In this document: piece after piece, positions 24,494 through 37,492 of the stretch | Position numbering within the stretch: the first letter of the stretch is position 1 | Layout: each line of letters begins with the position of its first letter | Origin: Octopus vulgaris | Lineage: Eukaryota | Length of the DNA: 64,000 bases | Assembly (NCBI GenBank): GCA_951406725.2 | Contig: OX597828.1 | Span: 18,724,001-18,788,000 of the forward strand | Direction of reading: 5' to 3' | Position numbers and translations under genes: made by a program | The notes under the pieces: generated by a model | What the model was told of the DNA's origin: nothing | Databases searched by the model: none | The model's input: only the letters and a program-made list of their open reading frames with translations

Positions 24494-25374
24494 GTCTCAA
24501 CAATGGTTAAATTCTTACTTTTTTTTTTTTTTTCAAGATGGGCATTCGTGGTATGTTGTCTCATTTTTAGTAAATGAAAACTGCCTCACCATCTTTAAAT
24601 AAAATAGGGAAACTCTCTCTTCTCTGGAATAGTGCGATTTCTTCTTTAGTGGTTCCACCATTCATTAACTGTAACGAATTTTGTTGATCCTAGTCAAGAA
24701 AAATACGATTTTTCTTCGCCATTTTCGATGTGTGTATAGAATAGAAGAAAAAAAATTAATATCTTTATGGTTCCTGCTTTCTCAAAAGCGGTCGAATGAA
24801 CAGATGGATGGATGGATGGACTGAGTGTATCGCGCGTGACTCGAAACCGAGTCGCTCTCTTGACTCGTTAGAAATTTACCCATTTTATTTACTTTAAGAT
24901 ATGGCTGCACAGTTCCTTAGGTAAGTCTCTACTTTTATATCCCCGGGGTCGACCAATGTCTCGTGAGTGGATCTGACGAGCGGAAACTGCATGGAAGCCG
25001 TCGCATACATACATATGTGTGCATGTGTATATACGCGTGTATATGTGTGTATGTATACACATATATGTGTATATCTGTGTCTATATGTGTATGTGTGTAT
25101 ATGGGTATGTGTGCATATGCGTGTATAACTGTAGTGTTCCCCCTCCCCTTCACTGCTTCCCTACCGTCCTAGTTTGCTTACGTTCCAATAGCCAAGAGAT
25201 TCAACGAATGCTGCTACTACTACCATTGCGGCTGCCGCCACTCCCACTGCCACTACTACAAGAACAATAATAGCCAAATTACAACACAACCAACGAAACA
25301 GCAAAAAAACAAAAAAAAAATACAAAAACAAAAACCCAACTCAAATAAACGGCTCTTTTCACTGCAGTCCCAAG

Positions 25375-25398
25375 AGTAGTAGTAGCAGCAGCAGCGGC

Positions 25399-25465
<67 letters not shown>

Positions 25466-25466
25466 A

Positions 25467-25519
<53 letters not shown>

Positions 25520-25522
25520 ATG

Positions 25523-25590
<68 letters not shown>

Positions 25591-25653
25591 GGTGGTGGTG
25601 GTAGTAGTAGTAGTTGTAGTAGTGTTTTCGTTCATTGCTGCTACTGCTGTTGC

Positions 25654-25696
<43 letters not shown>
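25375..25696. repeat. Compound (GTA)n/(GTG)n/(TTA)n microsatellite
   Basis: Seen directly; a similar tract lies at 26161-26472. Confidence 0.95.
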
Positions 25697-25697
<1 letters not shown>

Positions 25698-25890
25698 TCT
25701 TTATTGGCCTCAAGGACCGCAACCGAATGAAAGGCACTTGGGACAAAGACGAAGACAATGGGCGATGCAAACAATACAACAATAACAATTAACCAGGAAT
25801 AATAGGAAGAAGAAGAGTATTCATGGCAAGCATCCCTCACTTTAGAGATAGTCGACTATGTGTCAATATTTCCGCTTTCTAAGGACTCTA

Positions 25891-25987
<97 letters not shown>

Positions 25988-26179
25988 ATATATGTATGTA
26001 TGTATATATGTATAGCCATATAATAGCTGCACTTCACTGAAAACCGACCTTTCGGGTCAGGCACATACACTGACTGTTTATTATTCTTATATCAAATGGT
26101 GGAAGCTATTATAATATTAAACTCTTACATAATAAACATCACTTCCGATACATTCTGTACTGTGGTGGTGGTGGTGGTG

Positions 26180-26236
<57 letters not shown>

Positions 26237-27399
26237 ACAGGGGTAATAGTGGTGGTAGTAGTAGTAGTAGTAGTGAGGGTGGTAATAGTGGGAGTAATAG
26301 TGCTAGTAGTAGTAGTAGTAGTAGTAGTGAGAGTGGGAGTGGGAGTAGTGAGGGTGGTGGTGGTGGTAGTAGCAGTAGTAGTGAGGGTGGTAGTGGTGGG
26401 AGTAATGGTAGTAGCACCACAACAGATGCAACAGTAGTAGTAGTAGGAGGAGGAGGAGGAGGAGGAGGAGGAGCAACAGCAGTCTTAGATATAGAAGTGG
26501 TGGTTGATAATTCCGATTTTGATTTTGTATTCATCGGTTCAAGCGTTACGCTTCTCTACATGAACCGATGAATACATGTAGAGAACCCGTTCTCTACATG
26601 TTGTTTTAATAATGCTGTCTCCATGTCAATATTCCTGCACAAGTATTGTCTCCATGCAGTATTCCTACAATAATATCACCTCCATCTTGTATTCCAACAT
26701 TAATATCGTTATCTCCATGTTGTATCCCTACATTAATATTGTCACCTCCATATTGTGTTTTTACATTAATATCGGTTATCTTCTCATTAATTATGCTATC
26801 TCCATGTATTCCCACAGTAATATCATTAACACCATGTTGCATTCCAATTAACATTGTTAATTCTGTGGTATATTCCCGTAATAATATCGTTATCTCCATG
26901 TATACTTACATTAATAGCGTTATCCCCATGTTTATTCCCTCGTTAATATTATCTCCAAGTGTTCACACACGAATATCGTTACCTCCATGTTTTTCCACAT
27001 TAATATCATTAACACCATGTTGTATTCCTATCAATATTGTTACCTCCATGGTGTATTCCCACATTCGCATCGTTACCATGTTGTATTTCCATTAATATTG
27101 TTGTATCCATATTGTATTCCAACATTAATATCCTTATCCCCATGCTGTATTCCCACAGTAATAGCGTTACCTCTTAGCTGTATTCTCCCATTAATATCAT
27201 TATCTCTATGCTGTATTCTCCCATCAATATCGTAATCTTCATGTATTCTCACACTTATATCCTTATCTCCATTATATTCCTACATTCATATCCTTATCGC
27301 CATGTTGTATTTCCACATTAATATCGTTACCACCGTGGTGTATTCCCACATTCACATCGTTAGCAACATGTATTACCCTATTAATATCGTTATCTCCAT

Positions 27400-27660
27400 C
27401 TTTACGTTCTGAGTTCAAATTCCGCCGAGGTCGACTTTGCCTTTTATCCTTTCGGATATTGAGGGAATATACCACGGAATTAACAATATTAATTGGAATG
27501 CAACATGGTGTTAATGATATTAGTGTGGGAATACATGGAGATAGCATAATTAATGAGAATACAACACGATAAATTAAGTCCAGGTTGCGTACTGGGATCG
27601 ATCTAATCGATTGGCCCGCCTTCCCCAAAAATTTCGGCCCTTGTGCCTAGAGTAGAAAAG
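27400..27660 (+). mobile_element. 5'-truncated family B SINE with an internal inverted insertion
   Basis: ttctgagttcaaattccgccgaggtcgac...cctttcgg [insert] cgataaattaag...ttgtgcctagagtagaaaag. Confidence 0.8.
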
Positions 27661-27742
27661 CATATCGTTATCTCCATGCATTCCCACATTGATATCTTTA
27701 TCCCCATGTTGTATTCCTACATCAATAGCGTTACCTCAATGT

Positions 27743-28721
27743 TGTCTTTCTTTTAGCACTCCGTCGGTTACGACGACGAGGGTTCCGGTTGATCCGATCA
27801 ACGGAACAGCCTGCTCGTGAAATTAACGTGTAAGTGGCTGAGCACTCCACAGACACGTGTACCCCTTAACGTAGTTCTCGGGGATATTCAGCGTGACACA
27901 GAGAGTGACAAGGCCGGCCCTTTGAAATACAGGTATGTAACGAACTTAGTGTGAGTGAATACCTTCTCTTGTACTTTCGGGGTACAAGAAAGCAATCACT
28001 AGCCGTTGCTTTAATAATCCAGAATTCTACCAGTCAGAAACAACAAGACGCAGACGTAAAATATATATATACTACTTTATTCTCTTTCTTGGTAACAATA
28101 ACAATAAGTGGTTATCTGATGTCCTTGGTTCGGGGCGCACAAGGCTGAAAGTTAATCGATTGTAATATTTACAATATTCAGCCGCTAAAACCAGAACGGG
28201 TCCAAGATGGCGTCGAACAGGGAAGTTGAATGTGGTCGGCAACAATTTGGTTAAAGGCATTCGGCCGACTGCTGCTAGAATCAAGTCCTGACGGAGAGAG
28301 AATATACGTGACCGTTGCCTTCGATAGCCATGTCTCAAAGTCCCCGCTGCTGCTGCTAGCGGTCAAACGTTCTACGTCCCCCTTCCTCGCTAACTGCTAC
28401 GTAGGCAATAGGGTTCTGCTTCCGGTGGTTCGCGCATGCGCGAGAGGGCCCTTCCTCTCTCTGCCTTGGTAAAGGCACCAACACGCGCGAAATAGAAAAT
28501 GGATGGTGCGCGCGCGCGCGCACCGTTATAGGCTCACTACAGGTACAACAGAAACAGGAAGTAAGAGTGAGAGAAAGATGTGGTGAAAGAGTACAGCAGG
28601 GATCACCACCATCCCTGCCGGAGCCTCGTGGAGCTTTAGGTGTTTTCGCTCAATAAACACTCACAACTCCCGGTCTGGGAATCGAAACCGCGATCCTACG
28701 ACACTGGGCCATTGCGCCTCC
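27743..28721 (-). mobile_element. SINE family C, interrupted by a solo LTR
   Basis: TSD ACCTCAATGT at 27733-27742 and 28722-28731; collinear with 34009-34404 once the LTR is removed. Confidence 0.9.
27936..28541 (-). mobile_element. Solo LTR (probably Gypsy/Ty3-type), 606 bp
   Basis: TGTA...TACA termini; 4-bp TSD GGTA (27932-27935, 28542-28545) confirmed against uninterrupted SINE C copies; AATAAA on the minus strand near 28080. Confidence 0.85.
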
Positions 28722-29069
28722 ACCTCAATGTATTTCCCTCATTAATACCATTCTCTCCATGTATTCCCACATTAATGTTCTTACGCCAATTTTGCATTCC
28801 CACATGAATATCATTACCTCCATATTGTGGCCAATGTTTTTTAGAAAGAATTATAAAGCTTTGTCCTTCTCTTATAAACTGCTACAAAAACTCTTTCTCG
28901 TTTTTTTTTTCTCACTTTGTTTATCAAGTCTAATTCAAATCGTTTACTGACAGTTATAACGAAATGTTTATCGTTATTTTTTTCTTATTTATTACTTTTA
29001 CTATTATTTCAACGCTATTAACATTGTCATTGTGTCTATCACAGTGCGTTTTTTTTACATCACATTTAA

Positions 29070-29105
<36 letters not shown>

Positions 29106-29297
29106 CGTATGTATATATATATATATATATACGTATGTGTGTATATATATATGTGTGTGTGTGTATGTGTATCTTTATTCATATATTTGCCATATATTTT
29201 ATTTCTATATTTTATATATCTAATATATATATATTAAGTATATTTTTACATATATATTAGATATACATTATATATACATATATTATATTTTTATCTG

Positions 29298-29343
<46 letters not shown>

Positions 29344-29593
29344 AAAGATATATATTTTTATTTGTGCATGTATATTATATGTGTGTAGATATATATCATT
29401 TAACCTTTTTGCTTATTTGTATATAATACATTTATTTAGTATATCATTTTTGTGTGTGTAGATATAGATATATATATATATATACACACATACAAATATA
29501 TATATCTATACATATAATTATATACATCTATACATATAATTATATACATACACACACATATATATATACATACTTATTTATGTGTGTACATAT

Positions 29594-29628
<35 letters not shown>

Positions 29629-30640
29629 TCTCTTTATTTTGTGTATTGTTTTGGCCACCATCTTCCTTATTTTTCTTACTGAAAAGAATCTGTTCTGCAT
29701 TTTTATTTGCATTTATTTATTTATTTATATACTCACTCATTCATTTAGTGGTGTGGATTCAAAATCGTTAGAGTGTCGGATAGAATATTTCTCGATTTTT
29801 CTTCCGACTTTGTTTGTTATGTTTCAAGTTCAAATCCCGCGGTGATTTAATTTTTACGTTTCTTCCATCCATCCATCCTAGGACGATAAAACAAGGAACC
29901 AGTCTAGCACTGGGATCGATAGTTTCGAGTAAGCCCCTTCTCCTTAAATTATACTACATTTCTACCTAAACGAGAAGCCATTTCTATTATCTCACGAATT
30001 CGTATACAATTTTCGTGGTTTTCTTTCTTTCTTTTCTTTCATTTTCACGCTGAGAATTAAGATGTGGATTTCAACCCTTTTATAATGAATTCTTCCAACG
30101 CATTTCAAGAGAACTTGAGACTTAATACAATTCCAATATTTACGAAGTCCATTCACACACTCTCCCTCTCTCTCTCTCTTTTTCTCTCTCTTTCTTTTTA
30201 GATAAGCTGGTTTTCTGTAACGCAACAAATTTCTTTTCGTTTGCAATCAATTCCACTTTTGTGTGTTACGTATCTTCATTTTGTTTGATACGAAGGTTTG
30301 CTGTTTTGCAAAGCTTCTTCTATCGCTTCTTAAATAACTTATGTGAATAGCCTCTTGTTGATGACTAATGCGATTCTAAGATCCTTCCCAAGATTTTTCA
30401 AATCCACCATGAGGCTCAGAAAGCAAAAAACAAATACAAAACTACTAAAATAAATAAATAAATAAATGAAGCTGATATTGGTCGATGACAGAAAAGAGAG
30501 AGAAAGCTTTAATGATGAAAATGGAGAAATATGACTCGTTGAAGCAGAAATAAAATTGAATAATTTTATGAAATGATGCTGCGAAGGAGTAAATCTTTCT
30601 TGTTAAACATTTAGTAGCTCAATCTGTTTATCCATAAAAT

Positions 30641-30669
30641 AGAAGAAGAAGAAGAAGAAGAAGAAGAAG

Positions 30670-30745
<76 letters not shown>
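30641..30745. repeat. (GAA)n(GTA)n compound microsatellite
   Basis: Seen directly. Confidence 0.95.
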
Positions 30746-30746
<1 letters not shown>

Positions 30747-31680
30747 CGACCGAATAACAGTACTGCTTGAATCTTATTGCAGTTAAATGAAACAGAATTG
30801 TGGCCTGCTATGGCAAGCGAAAGAAGTAAAATGTTCGGCTTCTTTTGTTAAGAGATATTGGAGTTTTTATGAACACGTTTTAAGATCCTTTCAAGAATAA
30901 CTGGAGCGAAGTGACTTTGACTAGGGATCGAAACCGGCTCGCCGACTTGGCGCATTGTAAGTTTATCTGCTGCTTTGTTTTCTGCAGTTGGGCGTTGTTG
31001 TTGCTGTTTATATACTCAGGCCAGTCCTCAATAAGAATGCCTATAGTTTCACGTTTAGATTTAGTTCTGTTTTAGGTCTGGTTTCTAGTTTAGGCTAGTA
31101 TATTTGAGGGGAGGGTGCTAGTCGATTATATCGACCGGAGTACATGACTGGTACTTAACTTTATCGACTTCGTAAGGATAAAATGCCGAGTCGACCTTGG
31201 CGGGATTTGAACCCAAAACACAAAGAGACGCAGAGCATGTTTCGGATACTCTAACGACTTCGCCGAATCCAACGTTATAAGCAGATGTATAATGGTTTCT
31301 TATTTAGTGACCATCGACCCCAGTTTTTAACTGGTATTTTATTTTATCGCTCTCGGAAGAATAAAAAGCAGAATTGACATTGGCGGGTTTGAACTTTAAG
31401 AACTAAGAGAAAACCCGCAAAGCGTTTTTGCGACGCTTCTAACGATTTTACTAATCCAACATAGCGAAGAGAGATAATAGAAAGCATCACATCTGCCCTT
31501 TCGACATCCGGTCTTATATTTTCCAAATATAATATATCTAAGAATCCATTATCCGTTGCGTCCATTTTTGTAAAGGCAGTGGAGTGGGATATTTTTGGAG
31601 GCTTAACTAATATTGGTTTCAAATTCTGACACAAGGTCAGTAAATTTCGGACGAGGAGTAAGTCGATTACAACCTCAGCT

Positions 31681-31939
31681 CAAGTTTATATTATTAGCTC
31701 CTACGTACGTTTCGCTATTATGCTTGCCTGGAGCCCTGCATGTAGAGTCAACACGGAACACTTTATTGCATTAAGTTATAGAGATGTTAATGTCATTAGT
31801 TTTCTATAACTTGATGCAATAAAGTATTTCCCAGATTATCTGTTCCGATTAGACATCCAGCAACACTTGGAACATCTAATGCAGGGCTCCAAGTAACCAT
31901 AACGGTGAAACGTACGTAGGCACTAATAATATGAACTTG
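31681..31939. mobile_element. Fold-back MITE-like element
   Basis: Outer arms caagtttatattattagctcctacgtacgtttc / gaaacgtacgtaggcactaataatatgaacttg, plus inner arms actttattgcat..gttatag / ctataacttgatgcaataaagt. Confidence 0.7.
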
Positions 31940-32124
31940 TTTTCATGGTAATTTCTTTTACATTTGGTCTGTATTTTATAACTAGTAACACTACTAAGTA
32001 TAGTAATTGCTTAACTACTAAACTAAAAACACTGGATGATGATAGAGCGCCAAACATAACAGTAATAATTGTACATCTATCTGCACACATAAGAAACAAA
32101 CACATATATATTATATATATATAT

Positions 32125-32475
32125 ATGACGTGGCTTTGTGGTAAGAAGCTTGCTTACCAACCACATGGTTCCAGGTTCAATCCCACTGCGTAGCACCTTG
32201 GGCAAGTGTCTTCTACTTTAGCCTCGGGCCAACAAAAAAGTCTTGGCAGCGGATTTCGTACACGGGAACTGGAAGAAACCCGTCGTGTGTATGTGTCTTT
32301 GTTTATATCCTTCCGCCACTTCACAACCAATGGTGGTGTGTTTACATCCCTATGACTTAGCGGTTCGGCAAAAAGGACGGTGGAACAAGTACCAGACTTT
32401 ACAAAGAATAAGTACATTCGATTAAAATTCTCCAAGGCAGTGCCCCAGCGTGGCTACAGTCTGATTACTGAAACA
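32125..32475 (+). mobile_element. SINE family A, diverged
   Basis: Homology to other copies. Confidence 0.8.
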
Positions 32476-32534
32476 ATTTAAAAACATACACACAAACACA
32501 CATACACACACACATATATATATGTATGCATGCA

Positions 32535-32576
<42 letters not shown>

Positions 32577-32578
<2 letters not shown>

Positions 32579-32729
32579 TGTGGCTATGTGGTAAGAAGCT
32601 TGCTTTCCAACCACATGGTTCCAGGTTCAATCCCACAGCGTGACACCTTGGGCAAGTGTCTACTATAGCTTGGGGCCGACCAAGACCTTGTGAGTGGATT
32701 TGGTAGACGGAAACTGAAAGAAGCCCGTC

Positions 32730-32787
<58 letters not shown>

Positions 32788-33000
32788 ATATATTTGTGTG
32801 TGTATCTTTGTGTCTGTGTTTGTCCCTTCACCATCGCTTGACAACCGATGTTGTGTTTATGTCCCCGAAACTTAGCGGTTCGGCAAAAGAGACCGATATA
32901 ATAAGTACTAGGCTTACAAAGAATAAGTCCTGGGGTCGATTTCTTCGACAAAAGGCGGAGTTCCAGCATGGCCGCAGTCAACTGACTGAAACATGTGAAA
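32577..33000 (+). mobile_element. SINE family A
   Basis: Homology to other copies. Confidence 0.9.
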
Positions 33001-33005
33001 GTATG

Positions 33006-33064
<59 letters not shown>

Positions 33065-33268
33065 CTTTCAGTCATTGGACTGCGGCCATACTAGAGCACC
33101 GCCGAGTAGAGTTAGTCAAACAAACCAACCATACTACTTATTTTAAGTCTAGTATTTACTCTACACTTCTTTTTAACCGAACCGCTGTTACAGGAACGCA
33201 AACAAACCAATACCGGTTCCCTAGCAGTGTAGGGGATAAACACAAAGACACTCACACGTACATATGTA

Positions 33269-33314
<46 letters not shown>

Positions 33315-33365
33315 TGTGCATCTTCACAATTTCCGTTTAATGAATTCACCAAAACAAGGCATTTA

Positions 33366-33964
33366 TCGGTTTGACGCTAGAATAGAAAACACCTTGATCT
33401 GAAAGTCCTCCTCATCAGGACTGAACCTGAATCCACGTAGTTGGAAAGCGAACTTCTTAAGCACACCACCATGTTCTTTTCACATATTTTCTTTTTACTT
33501 TTAATTTTTGTTGTCGGTTTGACGCTAGAATAGAAAACACCTTGATCTGAAAGTCCTCCTCATCAGGACTGAACCTGAATCCACGTAGTTGGAAAGCGAA
33601 CTTCTTAAGCACACCACCATGTTCTTTTCACATATTTTCTTTTTACTTTTAATTTTTGTTGTCGGTTTGACGCTAGAATAGAAAACACCTTGATCTGAAA
33701 GTCCTCCTCATCAGGACTGAACCTGAATCCACGTAGTTGGAAAGCGAACTTCTTAAGCACACCACCATGTTCTTTTCACATATTTTCTTTTTACTTTTAA
33801 TTTTTGTTGTCGGTTTGACGCTAGAATAGAAAACACCTTGATCTGAAAGTCCTCCTCATCAGGATTGAACCTGAATCCACGTAGTTGGAAAGCGAACTTC
33901 TTAAGCACACCACCATGTTCTTTTCACATCTTTTCTTTTTACTTTTAATTTTTGTTGTCGGTTT
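33366..33964. repeat. Tandem array of 4 x 148 bp, near-identical
   Basis: Units start at 33366, 33514, 33662 and 33810; derived from a decayed minus-strand family A head plus flank. Confidence 0.95.
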
Positions 33965-34008
33965 TGAGTTTTTTGTTTGTTTTTTAGCAATATCTTTATA
34001 GAAGAGGG

Positions 34009-34404
34009 AAAGTGGAAGTGGAAGCACTCCGTCGGTTACGACGATGAGGGTTCCGGTTGATCCGATCAACGGAACAGCCTGCTCGTGAAATTAACGTGTA
34101 AGTGGCTGAGCACTCCACAGACACGTGTACCCTTAACGCAGTTCTCGGAGATATTCAGCGTGACACAGAGAGTGACAAGGCCGGCCGTTTGAAATACAGG
34201 TACAACAGAAACAGGAAGTAAGAGTGAGAGAAAGTTGTGGTGAAAGAGTACAGCAGGGATCACCACCATCCCCTGCCGGAGCCTCGTGGAGCTTTTTAGT
34301 TGTTTTCGCTCAATAAACACTCACAACGCCCGGTCTGGGAATCGAAACCGCGATCCTACGACCGCGAGTCCGCTGCCCTGACCACTGGGCCATTGCGCCT
34401 CCAC
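34009..34404 (-). mobile_element. SINE family C (tRNA-derived), full length
   Basis: Minus-strand head with A box TGGCCCAGTGG and B box GGTTTCGATTCCC; TSD ATAGAAGAGGG at 33998-34008 and 34405-34415. Confidence 0.92.
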
Positions 34405-34949
34405 ATAGAAGAGGGGGGGAAAATATGATGGCAAAGAGAAGCAATAAATTTCCTATTTGTTCTTATGTAAAAAAAAACCAAATACGATAAGATTTCCAAT
34501 TCTGTTTTTTATCACGTAATTGATTTGAGCTGTTAATGATAATTTTTTTTTTTTTTAAGTTTCTATCATTCTTTTCTGCTTTTTAATTACTTTTTTGTTT
34601 GTTTGTTTGTTTACCTTTGTTTTTTATATTTTTCTAGTTGCGTTTAATGGAAATTACTTACTGCTAAATTGACTGTTTTAAACTATTTTATAATAGACTA
34701 ACAGTCGACTTACAGCTGTGATTTTTCTTATATTTTTAACAAATCTAACATTTTTGCCTGTAATCGTCCAAACAAACTGAACTAAAATATCGCATATTAA
34801 TCTGTTTAATACACACACACACATATATATGTATGTATATATATATATATATACACACACTCCACATGTATATTTATAATCCATATATAAATACATATAT
34901 ATATATATATTCCACATATGTCTGTATATACTCCACATATATAGGTCTG

Positions 34950-35121
34950 TGTATGTATATATATATATATATATATATATTCACCTATATATTTAATATA
35001 TATACACACCATTATATCTACATATATATATACACTACTATATATCTACATGTATATATATATATATATATATATACATACATACACCTATATATTTAAT
35101 ATATATACACACCATTATATC

Positions 35122-35152
<31 letters not shown>

Positions 35153-35315
35153 ACATACATACACCTATATATTTAATATATATACACACCATTATATCTA
35201 CATATATATATATATATATATACATACATACACCTATATATTTAATATATATACACACCATTATATCTACATATATATATATATATATATATATACATAC
35301 ATACACCTATATATC

Positions 35316-35354
<39 letters not shown>

Positions 35355-35431
35355 CTATATATCTACATATATATATATATACACACACCTATATATCTAC
35401 ATATATATATATATACACACACCTATATATC

Positions 35432-35470
<39 letters not shown>
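34950..35470. repeat. AT-rich compound minisatellite (cacctatatatttaatatatatacacaccattatatctaca + (TA)n)
   Basis: Unit repeated about 4 times, then shorter variants. Confidence 0.85.
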
Positions 35471-35474
<4 letters not shown>

Positions 35475-35767
35475 GACACATGTATATGACACAAATGTAT
35501 ATTTAAACGCATATATGTATGCATGCGTTATATAAGTATATATGTATGTGTCTAGGAGGAGCGCATGTGTGTATACATATGTGGATTGTTTGCATGTATG
35601 TAGGTGTTATCAAGTGCTACTGATGCACACGTATACACACACAGTCACACATGTATATTGTGAAGGTATATAATATGTAAATGTGCATATTATATGAATA
35701 ATATTTTTTCATCATATATATATATATAGAGAGAGAGAGGGAGGGAGCGATAGATAGATAGATAGAG

Positions 35768-35808
<41 letters not shown>

Positions 35809-36570
35809 TGCAAGTATTACCTATATCATATACATAATATATTAAAAGATGACACTTATACAATATCTTGTAACTACAAAAATTAGTTAAAAATTCAACA
35901 ATAAACAACACAAATGCAATCATTTTCTCTCTTTTTCTTGCTTTCCTTTTTTTCTATTTTGCAAACAGCATTTTTGAAAGAAAATAACATGGCATATTAT
36001 TTCTTTGAGAATAAAATAAAATGCGATTAAATTGTAATATACTTCCACTGAAATCGTTGAAGACAACATAGGCGTTCAGCAAAAATAAAGATCTCAAAAA
36101 TCTATTTAAATTCCAAATGTAAAAGAATCACAGATCGTAATTGCCTTGTAATTATTCTTGTGCTCTCATTGTTAAAACGCGTTAAAGTGTTTTGAAAACC
36201 GAAAATAAGTGCGACGTGTTTCTAACGCTGTTAGACTGGTTCTTGCAAATTATGCGGTTTTTCGTCAAAGATTTAATATGATTCTTCAGATGTGTCGCTT
36301 GTCCGATTTAAATAGCTTCTCAATTATGACCGGCAAAAAATAGCAGCCATATCTTCCTAGAATTATATCTTCGTGTTTCGAAAAGAAAAAGCTGCGTTGC
36401 AGAATATGGTGAAAGATATCTAATGTAAGAAACAACCTCTCTGACCATATATCAGCTACCGGCCAGGTGTCCTCTCACTGTTCAGGGATCGATCGGCTTG
36501 CCAACAATTGCCAGTTCCCTCTGTGTTGCATGCATACAATCAGCTAGGCTCTCCATTCGTACACACACGG

Positions 36571-36935
36571 AGGCGCAGGTGTTGCTGTATAATAAAGAAG
36601 CTTGCTTCTCGGCCACATGGTTCTGCGTTCAGTTGTACTGCGTGACCGACTAAAGCCTTATGTGTGGATTTGGTAGACGGAAACCGAAAGAAGTCCGATG
36701 TATGGGAGTGTGTCTTTATATTTGCCCCACAAACTCACACACACAGACGCACACTATAGCTTGACAACTAGCGTTGGTTTCTGTACATTCCAGTAACTTA
36801 GCGGTTCGGCATAAGTGACCAACAGAGTCAAGCTTTAAAAGAACAAATAAGAGGGTCGATTCGTTTGACTAATAAACCCTTTAAGGTGGTGCCCCAGCAA
36901 TGGCACAATCCAATAACTGAAACAAGATAAAGGAT
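36571..36935 (+). mobile_element. SINE family A, diverged
   Basis: Homology to other copies. Confidence 0.75.
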
Positions 36936-37159
36936 ATATAAGGTGTAGAGTCAACAGATGAAAACCAGCTCTATCGGACGCAGGCATAGCTGTATGGTTA
37001 AGAAGCTGGCACTGAAACCATATGATTTAAGGTTCAGTCCCACTGCACAGTGCGGCGCCTTGGGCAAATGTCATATACTATAACTCCGTTTTGAGCAATA
37101 CCTTATAAATGAATTTGATAACGGAAAGTGTGTGGAAGCTCGTCATTTATACATATATA

Positions 37160-37446
37160 GTTGCCTATCTTTCCACCCTGACGACGGAAGCCGGATTTAC
37201 GGTAACGTTTGTATACATCCACTACTGGTTGTATATCTTTGACATTTTACACACTCCATCTGCCAACATTACAACTATTACGTAATTCCGACCTCCACCT
37301 TCCTAAACAGCTGTCGGACCTGAAATACCATGCCCTCTCCTCTTAGTTTTCTGGTGGTTTTTGTACTACATGTAAATTTGTTCTGTAAATATATAAACAT
37401 CTATATGTTTAGACACGAGTGTTGATCTGAATATCTTCAAGTTTTG

Positions 37447-37450
<4 letters not shown>
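37160..37450 (+). mobile_element. Penelope-like remnant with HHR-like motif, inside a split family A SINE (36978-37850)
   Basis: CC-CTGACGA-C-GGAAG...CTTCC-TAAAC-AGCT-GTC-GG; TA-rich flanks. Confidence 0.5.

Positions 37451-37492
<42 letters not shown>

Larger units (their letters stand above)
26606..28830. repeat. Diverged ~32-33-bp minisatellite (attaatatcgttatctccatgttgtattcccac), interrupted by SINEs and an LTR
   Basis: Units at ~26606-27400, 27661-27742 and 28722-28830. Confidence 0.85.

Noticed and set aside
26606-27742. Periodic ~33-bp repeats, superficially CRISPR-like
   Set aside because: Degenerate tandem units with no unique spacers, eukaryotic context, no cas genes.
28209-28231. 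TGGCGTCGAACAGGGAAGTTGAA resembling a tRNA-Lys primer-binding site
   Set aside because: It lies in the middle of the LTR, on the strand opposite the poly(A) signal, and does not follow a CA terminus; no second LTR is present.
34330-34404. tRNA-like sequences with A and B boxes (heads of SINE families)
   Set aside because: No complete cloverleaf or acceptor stem, and they continue into SINE bodies with TSDs, so they are not tRNA genes.
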